NCBI GenBank assembly: GCA_963845535.1
Contig: CAWJSK010000015.1
Coordinates: forward strand, 320,001 to 384,000
Reading direction: 5' to 3'
Source: an uncultured Spirochaetota bacterium
GTDB taxonomy: Bacteria; Spirochaetota; Spirochaetia; SZUA-6; Fen-1364
DNA: 64,000 nt
The translations under genes and the position numbers were made by a program. Shown here one piece after another: positions 20,812 through 30,190 of the stretch. Below the pieces are notes generated by a model, which had not been told where the DNA came from, made no database searches, and worked only from the letters and a program-made list of their open reading frames with translations. Position 1 is the first letter of the stretch. Each line of letters opens with the position of its first letter.

Positions 20812-21698
20812 TAGTAGTCAAGCCTCGTGTCGAAGAACCTCAGCTGGACAATGGTAACGGCAAGAATGATCACGAACAGCACCAGGCTCGCGCTCGCTGC
20901 CGCGCCCATGTCGAAGTTGGTGAACGCCTTCTGGTAGATATAGAGCGCAGCGGACTTGGTGGAATCCAGCGGTCCTCCCAACGCCTGGTACGACATGTTG
21001 TAGACCTGGGTGAATATCCGCAGGAACTGTATTCCCTCCACCACGACGAGCAGAAGCGTCACCGGCAGGAGAAGGGGAAGAGTGACCCCGCGCAGGAGTT
21101 GCCACCCCGAGGCGCCGTCCATGCGGGCGGCCTCCATGATGCTGGGCGGGATGGTCTGAAGTCCCGCGAGGAAGACGATCGTGCAATAGCCGAGCTCGAT
21201 CCAGACGTTCACGGCAAGGATGGACGGAAGGGCTTGCGTGGGGCTGTTGAGGAACTCCTGGGCGTGGAGCCCCACGGAAACGAGGAGCGCGTTGATAATG
21301 CCAAGGGGGGGCGACTGGAACATCCATCGCCATACCCATGCCACGGCCACCACGGGTGTGATGTAGGGGAGGACATAGATCAATCGATAAATGCCCTTGC
21401 CCCTCGGTACGCGGTCCAGGATGAGGGCAATGCACAAGCTGAGGACGATGACCGCCGGCGCGCCGAAGACCGCGTATTTCGCGGTGTTGACCAGGGATTT
21501 CAGGAAGACCGGATCGGCAAAGATCGACGCGTAGTTGGCCAGCCCCACGACGTGGACCGTCTTGCGCAGGAGGCCCCAGTCCGTGAAGCTCATGGCGATC
21601 ATGTAGAGCATGGGCCCGAAGCGCACGCCCACGAAGAACACGAGCGGTATGCCCAGGAAGGCGTACGCAATTGCCGCGCGTCGGGCCGTGAGTGTCAC
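20811..21698 (-). CDS. Carbohydrate (CUT1) ABC permease, MalF-type
   Basis: VGLANY, FLAGLQTIP..EAARMDGA. Likely GTG start at 21698. Confidence 0.92.
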   Translation of the reverse strand: MTLTARRAAIAYAFLGIPLVFFVGVRFGPMLYMIAMSFTDWGLLRKTVHVVGLANYASIFADPVFLKSLVNTAKYAVFGAPAVIVLSLCIALILDRVPRGKGIYRLIYVLPYITPVVAVAWVWRWMFQSPPLGIINALLVSVGLHAQEFLNSPTQALPSILAVNVWIELGYCTIVFLAGLQTIPPSIMEAARMDGASGWQLLRGVTLPLLLPVTLLLVVVEGIQFLRIFTQVYNMSYQALGGPLDSTKSAALYIYQKAFTNFDMGAAASASLVLFVIILAVTIVQLRFFDTRLDY

Positions 21699-21705
21699 GC
21701 GTCCC

Positions 21706-22959
21706 CTACTTCCAGAAGTCGTCGATGAGCTTCTGCTCCTTCGCGGCAGCGGCATTGAGGACCGCGGCGGGATCTGCCTTCTTGAGATTCACCTCGTCCA
21801 CCGCGTCGTCGAGGATTTGGCGCTGTCCTGCCTCGTCCACGTAGGAGGTGGCGTGGGCGTACGCAAGTCCCTTCAGGAACACGCTGATCACCGGGTCATT
21901 CTGGTAACGGGCCGAGAGGCTCGGGGTGGCCGGGAGCTCGCCCACCTTTTTCAGCCACTGGTCCTGGACCTCGGGTGAGGTAAGGAAGGCGAGGAACTTG
22001 ACCGCGGCGTCCAGCTTCGCTCCGGAGACGCCGCTCACAATTGCGTTCGTCCAGAAGGAGGCGAAGTTCGACTTGATGCCCTTGTAGGTGGGAAGCTCCG
22101 CGGCTCCCCACTCGAGGTTCTTGACTGCATTCAAGGTGGCGATGCGGAAGGATCCGTCGATGTTCATAGCTGCCTTCTGGGCAGTGAACGCGGTGGGGTC
22201 GTCAGTGGAGAAGTTCGGGTAGCCCACCTTGTCCTTCGTGATCCTGTCCATGTACCACTGGAACGCCCGGATGCCCGCCGGCGAGTTGTAGGTCACTTTC
22301 CGGCCGTCCGCGCTGTAGGGGGTCGCCCCGAACTGCCGGAAGAGAACCTCCCTGATCCAGACGTGTCCCTGGCCACTGGGCTGCATGAGGAGCCCGGACT
22401 GCACCAGGTTGCCCTGCGCGTCGTACTTGGAAAGCTTCTTCGCGTCCGCCAGGAGCTCGTCGAGGGTCCTGGGCGGGACGTTCGGATCGAGCCCCCCCTC
22501 CCTGAAGAGCCTCTTGTTGTAGATGAGGGCGAGGGTCCGTACCGCCGTCGGCACGGAATAGATCTTTCCGCCGAAGCTCACCGACTGGGCAACGAAGGGA
22601 TAGAAGGTCTTTGCGAGGTACGCGGTGCTGAAAGCGGATTCCGGAAGCGCCAACAAGTAGCCGGATTTGACCCAGAGGGGGAGCCACCCGTAGTAGAGAT
22701 TGATCACATCCGGCCCTTCACCGGCCGGAACGGCTGCCGCCACCTTCTGCAGGTAGCTCTCGTAGGGGAATGTCACCTGCTCGACATGGATGCCGGGGTT
22801 CCTGGCCTCGAACTGCCGGATGAGGTCGCTCATCAGGTCGACCTTGGACTGGTAGAAGTACTGCCAGTAGGTGATGGTGACGTCCGCGGCCTGGCCTGCG
22901 ATCGCTGCCCCAAGAAACAGCGCAAGAGAGACAATGACACCGATTCGCGTCCTCTTCAT
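21706..22959 (-). CDS. Extracellular solute-binding protein, family 1
   Basis: Signal peptide, GEGPDV, ALIYNKRLF, AAVKFLAFLTSPEVQ. Confidence 0.92.
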   Translation of the reverse strand: MKRTRIGVIVSLALFLGAAIAGQAADVTITYWQYFYQSKVDLMSDLIRQFEARNPGIHVEQVTFPYESYLQKVAAAVPAGEGPDVINLYYGWLPLWVKSGYLLALPESAFSTAYLAKTFYPFVAQSVSFGGKIYSVPTAVRTLALIYNKRLFREGGLDPNVPPRTLDELLADAKKLSKYDAQGNLVQSGLLMQPSGQGHVWIREVLFRQFGATPYSADGRKVTYNSPAGIRAFQWYMDRITKDKVGYPNFSTDDPTAFTAQKAAMNIDGSFRIATLNAVKNLEWGAAELPTYKGIKSNFASFWTNAIVSGVSGAKLDAAVKFLAFLTSPEVQDQWLKKVGELPATPSLSARYQNDPVISVFLKGLAYAHATSYVDEAGQRQILDDAVDEVNLKKADPAAVLNAAAAKEQKLIDDFWK

Positions 22960-23184
22960 GGAGTTCCTCCCGCCCCCGCTAAGGTACCGCTCCGACGCCG
23001 ACTGTGCAAAGGCACCCCGTTGCGGTAATGGAGGGGGATCGCGACGGTCTTTCTGGGGGTAGGAATCCCTCGCCAGGGTGCCGGTTCAAAACCTCGATGG
23101 CCGCCTGGGTCGCTCGACATGCTCGTCCAAAATCGGCAATCTCGAACACGAGCAGGTTGACAAGTTGGGAATCTCGCCTTCAGG

Positions 23185-23535
23185 AAAGGGACTGCCGGCC
23201 CTGCGAAGCTTTCGCTTTGAGATTGATGAGTACGAAGATGGGTATAGTAAGCTGCATTCGTTTCTAATCACTGAGTCCAACACGCCCGAGGCCGGAATGC
23301 TGGTTTGCCAACATGCTCTCTGCCATGGCTGTGGAGTTTCGCTAGAAAGCATCGTCACCGACATGTTGAAAGACAAGGTCAGAAACAGGGCTCTATCGAA
23401 AAAGTGCGGAGGGAAACTGACTTCTCCGAAAGGCCGAAGAGCACACGGGTTATGCAACCGATCGTTTGAGATCAAGGTTCATCTCGATCTCAAGCCAAAA
23501 TCCAGCTTTCCCGGTTGACCTATCGCTTCCTGCTT
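23185..23535 (+). repeat. 351-bp direct repeat, copy 2
   Basis: Matches 12055-12405 at an offset of 11,130 bp. Confidence 0.95.
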
Positions 23536-24522
23536 TGCCGATGTCCGACAACCTTCATCAGCTTCGCAGAATCGATTCTGCCTTTCATGACAGAGTTGAA
23601 GGTGTGCCTCAAGGAATGCCAGACGAGAACTCGCTTGCGCATGATCTCGTCAGTGATCCCGATGGCTGCCAACGCGGAATTAAAGCGGGCCTCCAGGTCT
23701 TCACTGGCAACGCGCGATGGTATCGGAACAATCCGCTCTGAGCCCCACTGGGGCGCCACGAAGGCCATTTCGTTCCTCCCATGATCCGCAGACGGTAGCG
23801 TATTCTGAATGGACATCCTGATTCCGAAGCTCGCGGACTTCCCCTTGACGGAGTCCGGTCGCTACTCCAAGCAGCGCGGCGACGAAGAAGACTCGTTCGC
23901 CTTTCCAGATTGATGAGAGCGCGTCTTTGTTGAAGAGTACGCTGATCTCTTCTGGAGTGATGATCCCCCTGACCTTGTACTTCTCCGTGAACGACTCCAC
24001 GCCCACGGCCGGGTCGGCGTTCACTATCCGGGCCGGAGCGCCTCCTTCATCATCACCTTCATGCAGTCTATGACGCGATTAACAGTTGCCGAGACAAGCC
24101 CAGACTCCTTGTAGAGCCCCATAATCCAAGACTCAATTTGGTGGCGATGGATGCGGCCAATCGGCTGTCCCTAGAAATGAGGGAGGATCCACTTCTCAAC
24201 CTGTCCTGCTCGGACCTGTGCGAAAATCTTTTGAGAAGTGGACTCCTCGGGCAAGCTTCCGCTGGATGTACTCGTCTTGGTAGTCCCAGAACCTCTCTGC
24301 GAAAGTTTCGAAAGGCGTTCGTCGCTTGCCGGGGAGAACGATCTTTCCTTCTTTCAACTTCTGGTCGGCCCAGTTGCGAGCAGCGGCCTTGGAGAACTGG
24401 AGCGTTGAGATTGGCGACATGTAGTTGCCATTCTCATCTCGGAATCGGCAGTAGTAGATGAACGTGTGCTGTCTGGCGGTGGGACGTTTGAACAGGGAGT
24501 AGGGACGCTTTGGCTTCTCCAT
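23520..24522 (-). pseudogene. Tyrosine integrase adjacent to tRNA-Leu, broken by frameshifts and deletions
   Basis: MEKPKRPYSLFKR..IYYCRFRD N-terminus; ATGLRQGEV; WHSLRHTF; VVGH. Spread over several frames, with no catalytic Tyr after GH. Confidence 0.9.
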
Positions 24523-24537
24523 GGAGCACCTCTAAGC

Positions 24538-24639
24538 TGACACGTCCGTGAAATAATGTCACAGATAGTGTCACAGTTGATGCGTTCATGGAGGTCCGTT
24601 TTCGGTCCCTCCCGCAAGTCATTACAAAGTAATGACTTG
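24538..24639. other. att-junction elements: arm-type repeats and hairpin
   Basis: TGTCACAG at 24557 and 24569, inverted TGACAC at 24538, and the perfect inverted repeat CAAGTCATTAC-aaa-GTAATGACTTG at 24615-24639. Confidence 0.6.
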
Positions 24640-24642
24640 TGA

Positions 24643-24727
24643 TGCTGCGGACTGGACTTGAACCAGCACACCCTTTCGGGCACTAGCCCCTCAAGCTAGC
24701 GTGTCTACCAAATTCCACCACCGCAGC
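24643..24727 (-). tRNA. tRNA-Leu (GAG)
   Basis: GCTGCGG acceptor stem, D-loop GG, anticodon arm CTAGC-TTGAGGG-GCTAG, long variable arm, GTTCAAG T-loop. CCA not encoded. Confidence 0.97.
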
Positions 24728-24737
24728 GTGTAGCGCG

Positions 24738-24767
24738 ATAGTAGCGTGTTCGCTCGAAAAGTGTCAA
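24738..24767 (-). promoter_or_regulatory. sigma70 promoter for tRNA-Leu
   Basis: TTGACA-18-TACTAT. Confidence 0.7.
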
Positions 24768-24777
24768 GAACAGCCGT

Positions 24778-24806
24778 TTGCACATGATTCCCACCCACCG
24801 TATATT
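24778..24806 (+). promoter_or_regulatory. sigma70 promoter for nagA
   Basis: TTGCAC-17-TATATT, 6 nt before GTG 24813. Confidence 0.6.
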
Positions 24807-24812
24807 GGGTTG

Positions 24813-26024
24813 GTGGCCACGACAGAAACCGCGCATCCTTCGCTCCCGCCTCCCATCTTGATAGAGGGAGGCGATGTCGTCCTGCCCGACCGGCTCATTC
24901 GAAAGGGCGCGGTCCTCATCCTGGACGGGAAGATACACGCGGTGGGCACGGCGGACAGGATTGCCGCGGAGCTTCCGGACGGCTGCCGGCGGGTCGATGC
25001 CAGGGGCTCTCTGATCTCCCCGAGTCTCTGGGAAGTTCACATCCACGGGTGCGGCGGCGTGAGCATGGAGAAGATGACCCTGGATTCCCTGTCTCGCATG
25101 GGCCGCTTCCTTGCCGCTCGGGGGGTCGGGGCCTTCCTTCCGACCACTGTGGCAGACGAGAGCATGCTCTCGGACCTGGCTGCAGCCCTGGAGGCGGGCA
25201 GCCGCGCCCCTGGCCTTCAAGGGCGGGCTCTCGGCATTCACGTTGAAGGGCCTTTTGTGGCTCCCGTCCGCAAAGGGGGGATTCCTGAAGAGCTTGTGCG
25301 AAAACCTTCTATAGAATACTTTCATGCGCTGGTTGAAACGGCGCGGCATCGAATCAAGGTGATGACGTTCGCGCCTGAGTTGGCCGGCGCCTCTGAGCTG
25401 TTCGGCGCCATAACATCCCTGGGGATTCTGCCTTCCCTGGGCCATTCCGACGCCAGGCTCGAGGACCTCGAAGCATATGAGAACATCACTCCGCTCGGAG
25501 TCACGCACCTCTTCAACGGAATGAGCGGGATCTCCCACAAGGACCCCGGGCTGGCTCAGTGGGCCATCCTCAATAAAACGGTCTTCACGGAGCTGAACTG
25601 CGATGGGACCCACGTGCATGATGCAGCCGTGCAGCTTGCCCTGCGCACTCGTCCCTGGCAGCGGATGATCGTCATCTCAGACGCATTCACGCCGGCTGGA
25701 TTGGAAGACGGCGAAGCTTCTGACCTCACCGTTTATGGGAAACCCGTGGTGGCGCGGGAAAACGGCGTCTACTACACGGACTCTGGAGTGTTGGTTGGGT
25801 CCCGGAGGCTTGTGAACGATGGGATTGCGCGCCTGGTGTCCCGATTCAGCGTTCCGCTCCCTTGGGCAGTCGCCATGGCTTCGCTGAATCCAGCGCGTCA
25901 CCTCGGGTTTCTCGAAAAGGGCGCGTTGCTTCCCGGCTATGACGCTGACGTGGCGGTCTTGAGCCGGGATTTCCGCTCATGCTCGTTCCTGGCATGGGAG
26001 GGCTGGCCGATTTTCGAGGAATAG
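24813..26024 (+). CDS. nagA: N-acetylglucosamine-6-phosphate deacetylase
   Basis: HIHGCGG, FLPT, GIHVEGPF, FAPE, GHSDA, THLFNGM, DGTHVH, SLNPAR. Confidence 0.93.
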   Translation: MATTETAHPSLPPPILIEGGDVVLPDRLIRKGAVLILDGKIHAVGTADRIAAELPDGCRRVDARGSLISPSLWEVHIHGCGGVSMEKMTLDSLSRMGRFLAARGVGAFLPTTVADESMLSDLAAALEAGSRAPGLQGRALGIHVEGPFVAPVRKGGIPEELVRKPSIEYFHALVETARHRIKVMTFAPELAGASELFGAITSLGILPSLGHSDARLEDLEAYENITPLGVTHLFNGMSGISHKDPGLAQWAILNKTVFTELNCDGTHVHDAAVQLALRTRPWQRMIVISDAFTPAGLEDGEASDLTVYGKPVVARENGVYYTDSGVLVGSRRLVNDGIARLVSRFSVPLPWAVAMASLNPARHLGFLEKGALLPGYDADVAVLSRDFRSCSFLAWEGWPIFEE

Positions 26025-26124
26025 GGGAACAACACCCCTTTTGACCTTGAGCGCTGCAATCCGCGCCCTTGCCATAGCTCGACGACCCTTGTAGTCTCTG
26101 TGCTACACAGAAAGACAACCACAA

Positions 26125-27441
26125 ATGACACAAAGAAACATCGTCATCATGGGCGCGGCGGGACGGGATTTCCACAACTTCAACTGCGTGTTCCGGACTT
26201 CGAAGGAGCACCGCGTCGTTGCATTCACCGCAACGCAGATCCCTGACATCGCGGGTCGATTGTATCCTCCCACGCTTGCCGGGCCGCTGTATCCCAGAGG
26301 GATTCCCATCATCCCTGAGTCTGGTCTTGAAGGGCTGTTCAGCAAAGAGCGGATCGACGAGGCGGTGTTTTCGTATTCCGACGTCTCCCACCAGCACGTG
26401 ATGGAACAGGCGTCCCGAGTGGTGGCCCTGGGGGCTGATTTCCGCCTCCTGGGCGCGCGCTCGGCCATGCTGCGCTCGAAAAAGCCCGTTGTGGCGGTCT
26501 GCGCCGTGCGCACGGGCAGCGGGAAGAGCCAGACCACGCGCAGGGTCGCTCGGATCCTGAAGGGCATGGGGCGCACGCCGGTGATCATCCGGCATCCTAT
26601 GCCTTATGGGGACCTGGCGGCACAGAAGGTGCAGCGGTTTGCCACCCTGGATGACATGAAAAGGCAGCAGTGCACCATCGAGGAGATGGAGGAATACGAG
26701 CCTCACATCACGGAAGGCTTCATCGTCTATGCCGGCGTCGACTACGGAGAGATCCTCCGTCAGGCGGAGGCGGAAGGGGACGTCATCCTCTGGGACGGCG
26801 GCAACAACGACCTGCCGTTCTACGTGCCTGACGTTTTCATCACGGTAGCTGACCCCCACAGGCCGGGACACGAGCTCTCCTACTATCCCGGCCGGATCAA
26901 CCTGATCATGGCGGACGTGGTGGTCATCAACAAGATCGACACGGCCGAACCGCAGGGCATCGAAAAAGTCCGCGCGAGCATCCGGGCGCTGAACCCTCGG
27001 GCTCAAGTGGTTGACGGCGCCTCACCCCTTTTCCTGGAGGGCGGGGAGCAGATACGCGGGAAGCGGGTCCTCGTGGTGGAGGACGGGCCCACGCTGACTC
27101 ACGGGGAGATGCGCTACGGATCAGGCACGGTGGCGGCAAAGGCCAACGGCGCGGCTGAGATCATCGACCCGCGTGAGTACGCCACGGGGAAAGTCCGTGA
27201 AACGTTCCTGAAGTACCCCGGCATTGGCGCACTTTTGCCGGCAGTCGGTTACGGTGACGAGCAGGTGAAGGACCTCGAGGACACTATCAGGCGCGTGCCG
27301 TGTGACCTCGTCATCATCGCCACCCCGGTGGACTTGACGCGGATCATCCGCATCGAAAAACCCATGGTGCGCGTGCGTTATGAGCTGAAAGAGGTGAGCA
27401 CGCCTGACCTGGAGCAGATACTGAAAGCGAGGCTGAAATGA
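26125..27441 (+). CDS. arcE: CpgS-like P-loop enzyme, probable arginine synthetase (ArcE-like)
   Basis: IMGAAGRDFHNFN, AVRTGSGKSQT, RHPMPYG, WDGGNND, VEDGPTLTHGEM. The stop overlaps the OTC start (ATGA). Confidence 0.75.
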   Translation: MTQRNIVIMGAAGRDFHNFNCVFRTSKEHRVVAFTATQIPDIAGRLYPPTLAGPLYPRGIPIIPESGLEGLFSKERIDEAVFSYSDVSHQHVMEQASRVVALGADFRLLGARSAMLRSKKPVVAVCAVRTGSGKSQTTRRVARILKGMGRTPVIIRHPMPYGDLAAQKVQRFATLDDMKRQQCTIEEMEEYEPHITEGFIVYAGVDYGEILRQAEAEGDVILWDGGNNDLPFYVPDVFITVADPHRPGHELSYYPGRINLIMADVVVINKIDTAEPQGIEKVRASIRALNPRAQVVDGASPLFLEGGEQIRGKRVLVVEDGPTLTHGEMRYGSGTVAAKANGAAEIIDPREYATGKVRETFLKYPGIGALLPAVGYGDEQVKDLEDTIRRVPCDLVIIATPVDLTRIIRIEKPMVRVRYELKEVSTPDLEQILKARLK

Positions 27442-28376
27442 AGTCCACCCTGAAAGGCAGATCGCTTCTCACGCTCAAGGATTGGACGCCGGAAGAGGTG
27501 CGCCAGGTGCTGGACCTTTCCCACCAGGTGAAAAAGGAGCGCAAGGCCAGAAAGATGCTCCAGCGGTTCCAGGGCCGTACGATCGCGCTGCTCTTCGAGA
27601 AACGCTCCACGCGGACGCGTTGCGCTTTCGAGACGGCATTCGGGGAGGAGGGCGGGCACCCCGTGTTCCTCTCCACGGCGGACGTCCACCTCGGGGTCAA
27701 GGAAACCATAGAGGACACGGCGCGCGTACTGGGAAGGATGTTTGACGCCATCCAGTTCCGCGGCTTCAAGCAGTCAACCGTCGAAACGCTGGCACAATGG
27801 TCCGGCGTGCCCGTCTACAATGGCCTTACCGATGATTGGCATCCCACCCAGGTGCTCGCTGACCTCATGACCATGGAAGAGGTGTTCGGCACGCTGAAGG
27901 GAAGGAAGCTCGCGTTCGTTGGGGACGGAAGGAACAACGTCGCCAATACGCTTCTCATCGGCTGCGCTCAGATGGGCGTACACGTCTCCATCGTCGCTCC
28001 TCAGTCTCTCCTGCCTGCATCTGAGCACGTGGAATGGGCACGAGCGATGGGGAAGCGCACCGGCGCCGCGGTGCAGGTGAGCACGGAAGTCTCGGAAGGC
28101 GTCAAGGGCGCGGATGCAGTGTACACTGACGTGTGGGTGTCCATGGGTGAGGAGGGCAAGAGCGCGGATCGCGTTGCCGCTCTTTTCCCGTACCAGGTCA
28201 CCGAAGCGATGATGGCGAAGACGGGCAACAAGGATTCCATTTTCCTTCATTGTCTTCCCGCGGTCCGGGAGAAAGAGGTCACGGCGGACGTGATCGAAGG
28301 TCCGCGCTCCCGCGTCTGGGACGAGGCTGAGAACCGCAAGCACACCATCAAGGCGCTCATGCTGGCAACCCTGTAG
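27438..28376 (+). CDS. argF: Ornithine carbamoyltransferase (ArgF/ArcB)
   Basis: FEKRSTRTR, HPTQ, TDVWVSMGEE, HCLP. Confidence 0.95.
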   Translation: MKSTLKGRSLLTLKDWTPEEVRQVLDLSHQVKKERKARKMLQRFQGRTIALLFEKRSTRTRCAFETAFGEEGGHPVFLSTADVHLGVKETIEDTARVLGRMFDAIQFRGFKQSTVETLAQWSGVPVYNGLTDDWHPTQVLADLMTMEEVFGTLKGRKLAFVGDGRNNVANTLLIGCAQMGVHVSIVAPQSLLPASEHVEWARAMGKRTGAAVQVSTEVSEGVKGADAVYTDVWVSMGEEGKSADRVAALFPYQVTEAMMAKTGNKDSIFLHCLPAVREKEVTADVIEGPRSRVWDEAENRKHTIKALMLATL

Positions 28377-28537
28377 GGTGCCTGCCCTGCGGACTTCTGC
28401 CGCGGAGGCTCCCCCGGGGCCCTGCTTGACCGCGCCTCCCGGATTCAACCACCCGGATTCACCCGCCCTTGCAACGGTCCTGAAAACCACTATGATATAT
28501 GGTGGCGACAGTCATGGGGTGGGTCAGGAGGCTTGGA

Positions 28538-28993
28538 ATGAAAAGGGCGGTTGCATTCCTCTTTGCTGGGGCTCTGGTGCTCGCGAGCATGCCGGTGTTC
28601 GCTCAGACGCAGACGTCGCAGGCACAGCCCTCACAGCCCCCGTCCACCCAGCAGGGGTATCCGAAGGAAGTGTACGTAAAGAACATCCCGGTCTTCAAGA
28701 TTCTCGTGCATCCCCTTGGATACAAGATCCTCTACTGGAAGAGCGACATGACGATTGCGGCCATGTACGTGCCCTTGACGTGGTTCACGGGCACCGTCAC
28801 CTCGACCGCAGACATCACGTATGGGAACACCCCGGACAGGCCTTACGTGTCCATCAGGTGGGTGGACGGCAAGTTCGACCACTTCACCATAAACGCGCAG
28901 TCCGACATGATGGGTCCCACGTGGGGGCAACTGGACCCGACTCTCAACCTGACGGCGCAGTTCAACATCCAGGAACCGGTCCGAGATTTCTAA
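28538..28993 (+). CDS. Secreted hypothetical protein (spirochaete-type)
   Basis: RBS AGGAGG, signal peptide ending VFA-Q, beta-rich body. Confidence 0.7.
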   Translation: MKRAVAFLFAGALVLASMPVFAQTQTSQAQPSQPPSTQQGYPKEVYVKNIPVFKILVHPLGYKILYWKSDMTIAAMYVPLTWFTGTVTSTADITYGNTPDRPYVSIRWVDGKFDHFTINAQSDMMGPTWGQLDPTLNLTAQFNIQEPVRDF

Positions 28994-29007
28994 GACCGCC
29001 GGTCCGC

Positions 29008-30186
29008 ATGCTGGATATCGAAAAGCCTCGAACAGCCATTCGCGAAGAAGGGCTATCCGCGTGGCTTCTTGTCAACGTTTTCCACCGGGACGAGATTGCC
29101 GACATCGTGCTCGACGTCCCCGCTCACCGTACCAACACGCGGCCCTGGATGTGCATCCTCTTCCCTGACAGGCCGCCGCTGAAAATTGTCCACCGCATTG
29201 AAGCCTCCATCCTGGATCACGTACCCGGCCAGTCCACCCTGTATTCCACGCGGCAGGAGCTCACGGCCGCTTTGTCCCGGAACCTGCCGCAGGGCGGCAC
29301 CGTGGCCGCGGACTTCTCCCAGACTATTCCGGTGGGCTCGTTCCTTGACCACGGCACCGCCTTGCTTGTGGAGACGTGCGGTTGCAGGCTTGTCCCTGCT
29401 GAGAACATCGTTGCCCGGTGTCTTGGCACGCTGGACTCCGAAGGATTGAGGTCCCACGAAGAGGCGGCGGACGTTCTGTATTCCGCAGTCGAGGAAGCGT
29501 GGGCCCTTGTCAGGCAAAGGTTTGGCAGTCGCGGGGGCCCGCGTGTCCTGCACGAAGGGGATCTTCAAGACCTGATCTATCGACGCATCTCGGATGCAGG
29601 CCTGGTCACTGACGGTCCTCCTATCGTGGGCGCCGGGGCTCATTCCTCTGATCCGCACTACACGGTCCAAGGTTCGGGCGCCGAGCTGGCGCCCGGGGAC
29701 GTGATCCAGCTCGACATGTGGGCAAAGAAAGACTCAATGGGAGCGGTGTATGCCGATATCTCCTGGGTCGGCGTCGTGGCCCGGGAGCCCTCCACCGATC
29801 AGGCGCGCGCTTTCGACGCCGTAGTGCAGGCCCGGGAAGCCGCCGTGGCGACACTGGTCACCGGCCTCAAGGAGGGGAGGCCGGTGCGCGGCGCGGACGT
29901 GGATGCCGCTGCCCGCGGGACGCTTGTCGCGCGGGGCTATGGGGATTACCTCCGTCACCGCACGGGGCACTCCATTGGCGGCCGCGTGCATGGTTTCGGC
30001 GTGAACCTCGACTCGGTGGAGTTTCCGGACACGAGGGTGATCCCGGAAGGGGCCTGCTTCTCCATCGAGCCAGGGGTCTACCTTCCGGGGTTCGGCATGC
30101 GGACCGAGATCGACTGCGTGATACGCGGCGGCAAGGTCGAGATTACCGGCAGGGCGCGCCAGCAGACTTTGCTGGTGTTGGAGTAA
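29008..30186 (+). CDS. M24 (Xaa-Pro) metallopeptidase
   Basis: DPHY, LDMWAK..YADISW, HRTGHSIG..HGFG, FSIEPGVY, RTE. Start ATG 29008. Confidence 0.9.
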   Translation: MLDIEKPRTAIREEGLSAWLLVNVFHRDEIADIVLDVPAHRTNTRPWMCILFPDRPPLKIVHRIEASILDHVPGQSTLYSTRQELTAALSRNLPQGGTVAADFSQTIPVGSFLDHGTALLVETCGCRLVPAENIVARCLGTLDSEGLRSHEEAADVLYSAVEEAWALVRQRFGSRGGPRVLHEGDLQDLIYRRISDAGLVTDGPPIVGAGAHSSDPHYTVQGSGAELAPGDVIQLDMWAKKDSMGAVYADISWVGVVAREPSTDQARAFDAVVQAREAAVATLVTGLKEGRPVRGADVDAAARGTLVARGYGDYLRHRTGHSIGGRVHGFGVNLDSVEFPDTRVIPEGACFSIEPGVYLPGFGMRTEIDCVIRGGKVEITGRARQQTLLVLE

Positions 30187-30190
30187 GGGC

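Larger units (their letters stand above)
8700..24642. mobile_element. Degenerate genomic island integrated at the 3' end of tRNA-Leu; left boundary not located
   Basis: Integrase beside the tRNA, IS and recombinase debris, visibly more AT-rich stretches. No second copy of the tRNA 3' end seen, so the island may extend past base 1. Confidence 0.6.

Noticed and set aside
18533..20821. 762-aa ORF suggesting an N-terminally extended lyase
   Set aside because: The extension is an alternative frame of the ABC permease; the lyase starts at ATG 19972.
28378..30186. 602-aa ORF suggesting an extended M24 peptidase
   Set aside because: The first 210 codons overlap the secreted-protein gene in another frame; the real start is 29008.
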